Source: Priapulus caudatus
Lineage: Eukaryota
Reading direction: 5' to 3'
DNA: 57,423 nt
NCBI RefSeq assembly: GCF_000485595.1
Contig: NW_014577082.1
Span: forward strand, 677,777-735,199
Shown here: one piece after another, positions 56,405-57,423 of the stretch
Position numbering within the stretch: position 1 is the stretch's first letter
How the letters are laid out: each line of letters begins with the position of its first letter
Notes under the pieces: model-generated
What the model was told of the DNA's origin: nothing
The model's database searches: none
Seen by the model: only the letters and a program-made list of their open reading frames with translations
Translations under genes and position numbers: made by a program

Positions 56405-56572
56405 CTGAGAGACTGATGAGCAGCACAGACAAATCACCAGCATTTGATTGGCAGGACCCTCTGTGTGCGGAGAGCTTGTTCACAGACGAGGAGAAAATGA
56501 TCAGGGACCAGTTCCGGCAGTATTGCTCAGAAAAACTGCTGCCTAGAATCACAGAGTCCTTTCGTAATGAAT
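56405..56572 (+). CDS. GCDH: Glutaryl-CoA dehydrogenase exon
   Basis: FDWQDPLCAESLFTDEEKMIRDQFRQYCSEKLLPRITESFRNE matches the GCDH N-terminal FDWQDPL motif; atag| and |gtgcgc. Confidence 0.93.
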
Positions 56573-56839
56573 GTGCGCACTTTGCCGTAGATTGCTAACA
56601 ATAATAGAACCATATATCTATCTGTTAGTGCAAAAGGAAATTGTTTAGATTAGAATGTTTATGTAAATATACAGATTAGATATATAGATAATAGTTTAGA
56701 AAGAAATATGCATGCATTTTTGTTGCATAATTTGTGTGGCAAGCATAACCTAGCAAAAATGATTCAAGATGGTTTGAAAACACATAATATTTATTCCCAT
56801 ATTATTGTGTGTTTGTGTGGAATCTTATCTCTCATATAG

Positions 56840-56992
<153 letters not shown>

Positions 56993-57423
56993 TAGATGTG
57001 TACATGGTATGATTAGGAGGTGGAGGAGTGAGCTGGGTGAATGTTATTTGTTGGTAGGTTATTAGGTTGCAGAAATTGAAAGGATGGGCATGTGGGGAGA
57101 AGAGGCTCACTGACCAAGGTGTTGTAGACATGGAGATTAGAGGTGTGGAGAGCAGGAATATGACAAATAGTCGACGGAATGTACCAGCCTAAAAATAACT
57201 TTTTTTTTTACGAGAGCTCTTTTTTGATTTTGTATAAAAAAAGAGCTCTCGTAATTTTTTTTACGGGAGCTATTTTAGGCTTGGCCAGAGCTACTTTTTC
57301 ATAGCATGATTTTGTTAAAATTTTCATAATTTTGATGCACTGACTCTAATAAGCCAGAAATTGTGTCGAATTATTGTAAAGGTGTTTCCCAAACGAAAGT
57401 CAAGATTATGCTTTGGCGAAATC

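Overview
Eukaryotic (animal, probably invertebrate bilaterian) genomic DNA with GT-AG introns, abundant micro/minisatellites and MITEs, three N gaps and several stretches of error-prone consensus. I reconstructed three genes by hand. (1) A PP2A B'' regulatory subunit gene (PPP2R3A/B co-ortholog, + strand, 8724-41064); the PR70-type isoform has 15 phase-consistent coding exons and about 635 aa. (2) FARSA, phenylalanine-tRNA ligase alpha (- strand, 55194-46177, 13 exons; exon 1 carries indels). (3) The 5' part of GCDH (+ strand), head-to-head with FARSA. The most interesting signal is that this single B'' gene seems to carry three alternative N-terminal exons: a PR70/PPP2R3B type (8724), a PR72 type (15683) and a PR130 type (18391, with a Cys/His motif and probably continued by 20176-21342). 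In humans these N-termini are split between two paralogs. The human sequences used for comparison were recalled from memory, not searched. The window also holds a truncated PIF/Harbinger transposon, several MITE families, a THAP-like remnant and tandem arrays with CTCF-like and YY1-like motifs. A 5.7 kb false-looking duplication and a probably misplaced 1.2 kb block appear to be assembly artefacts.
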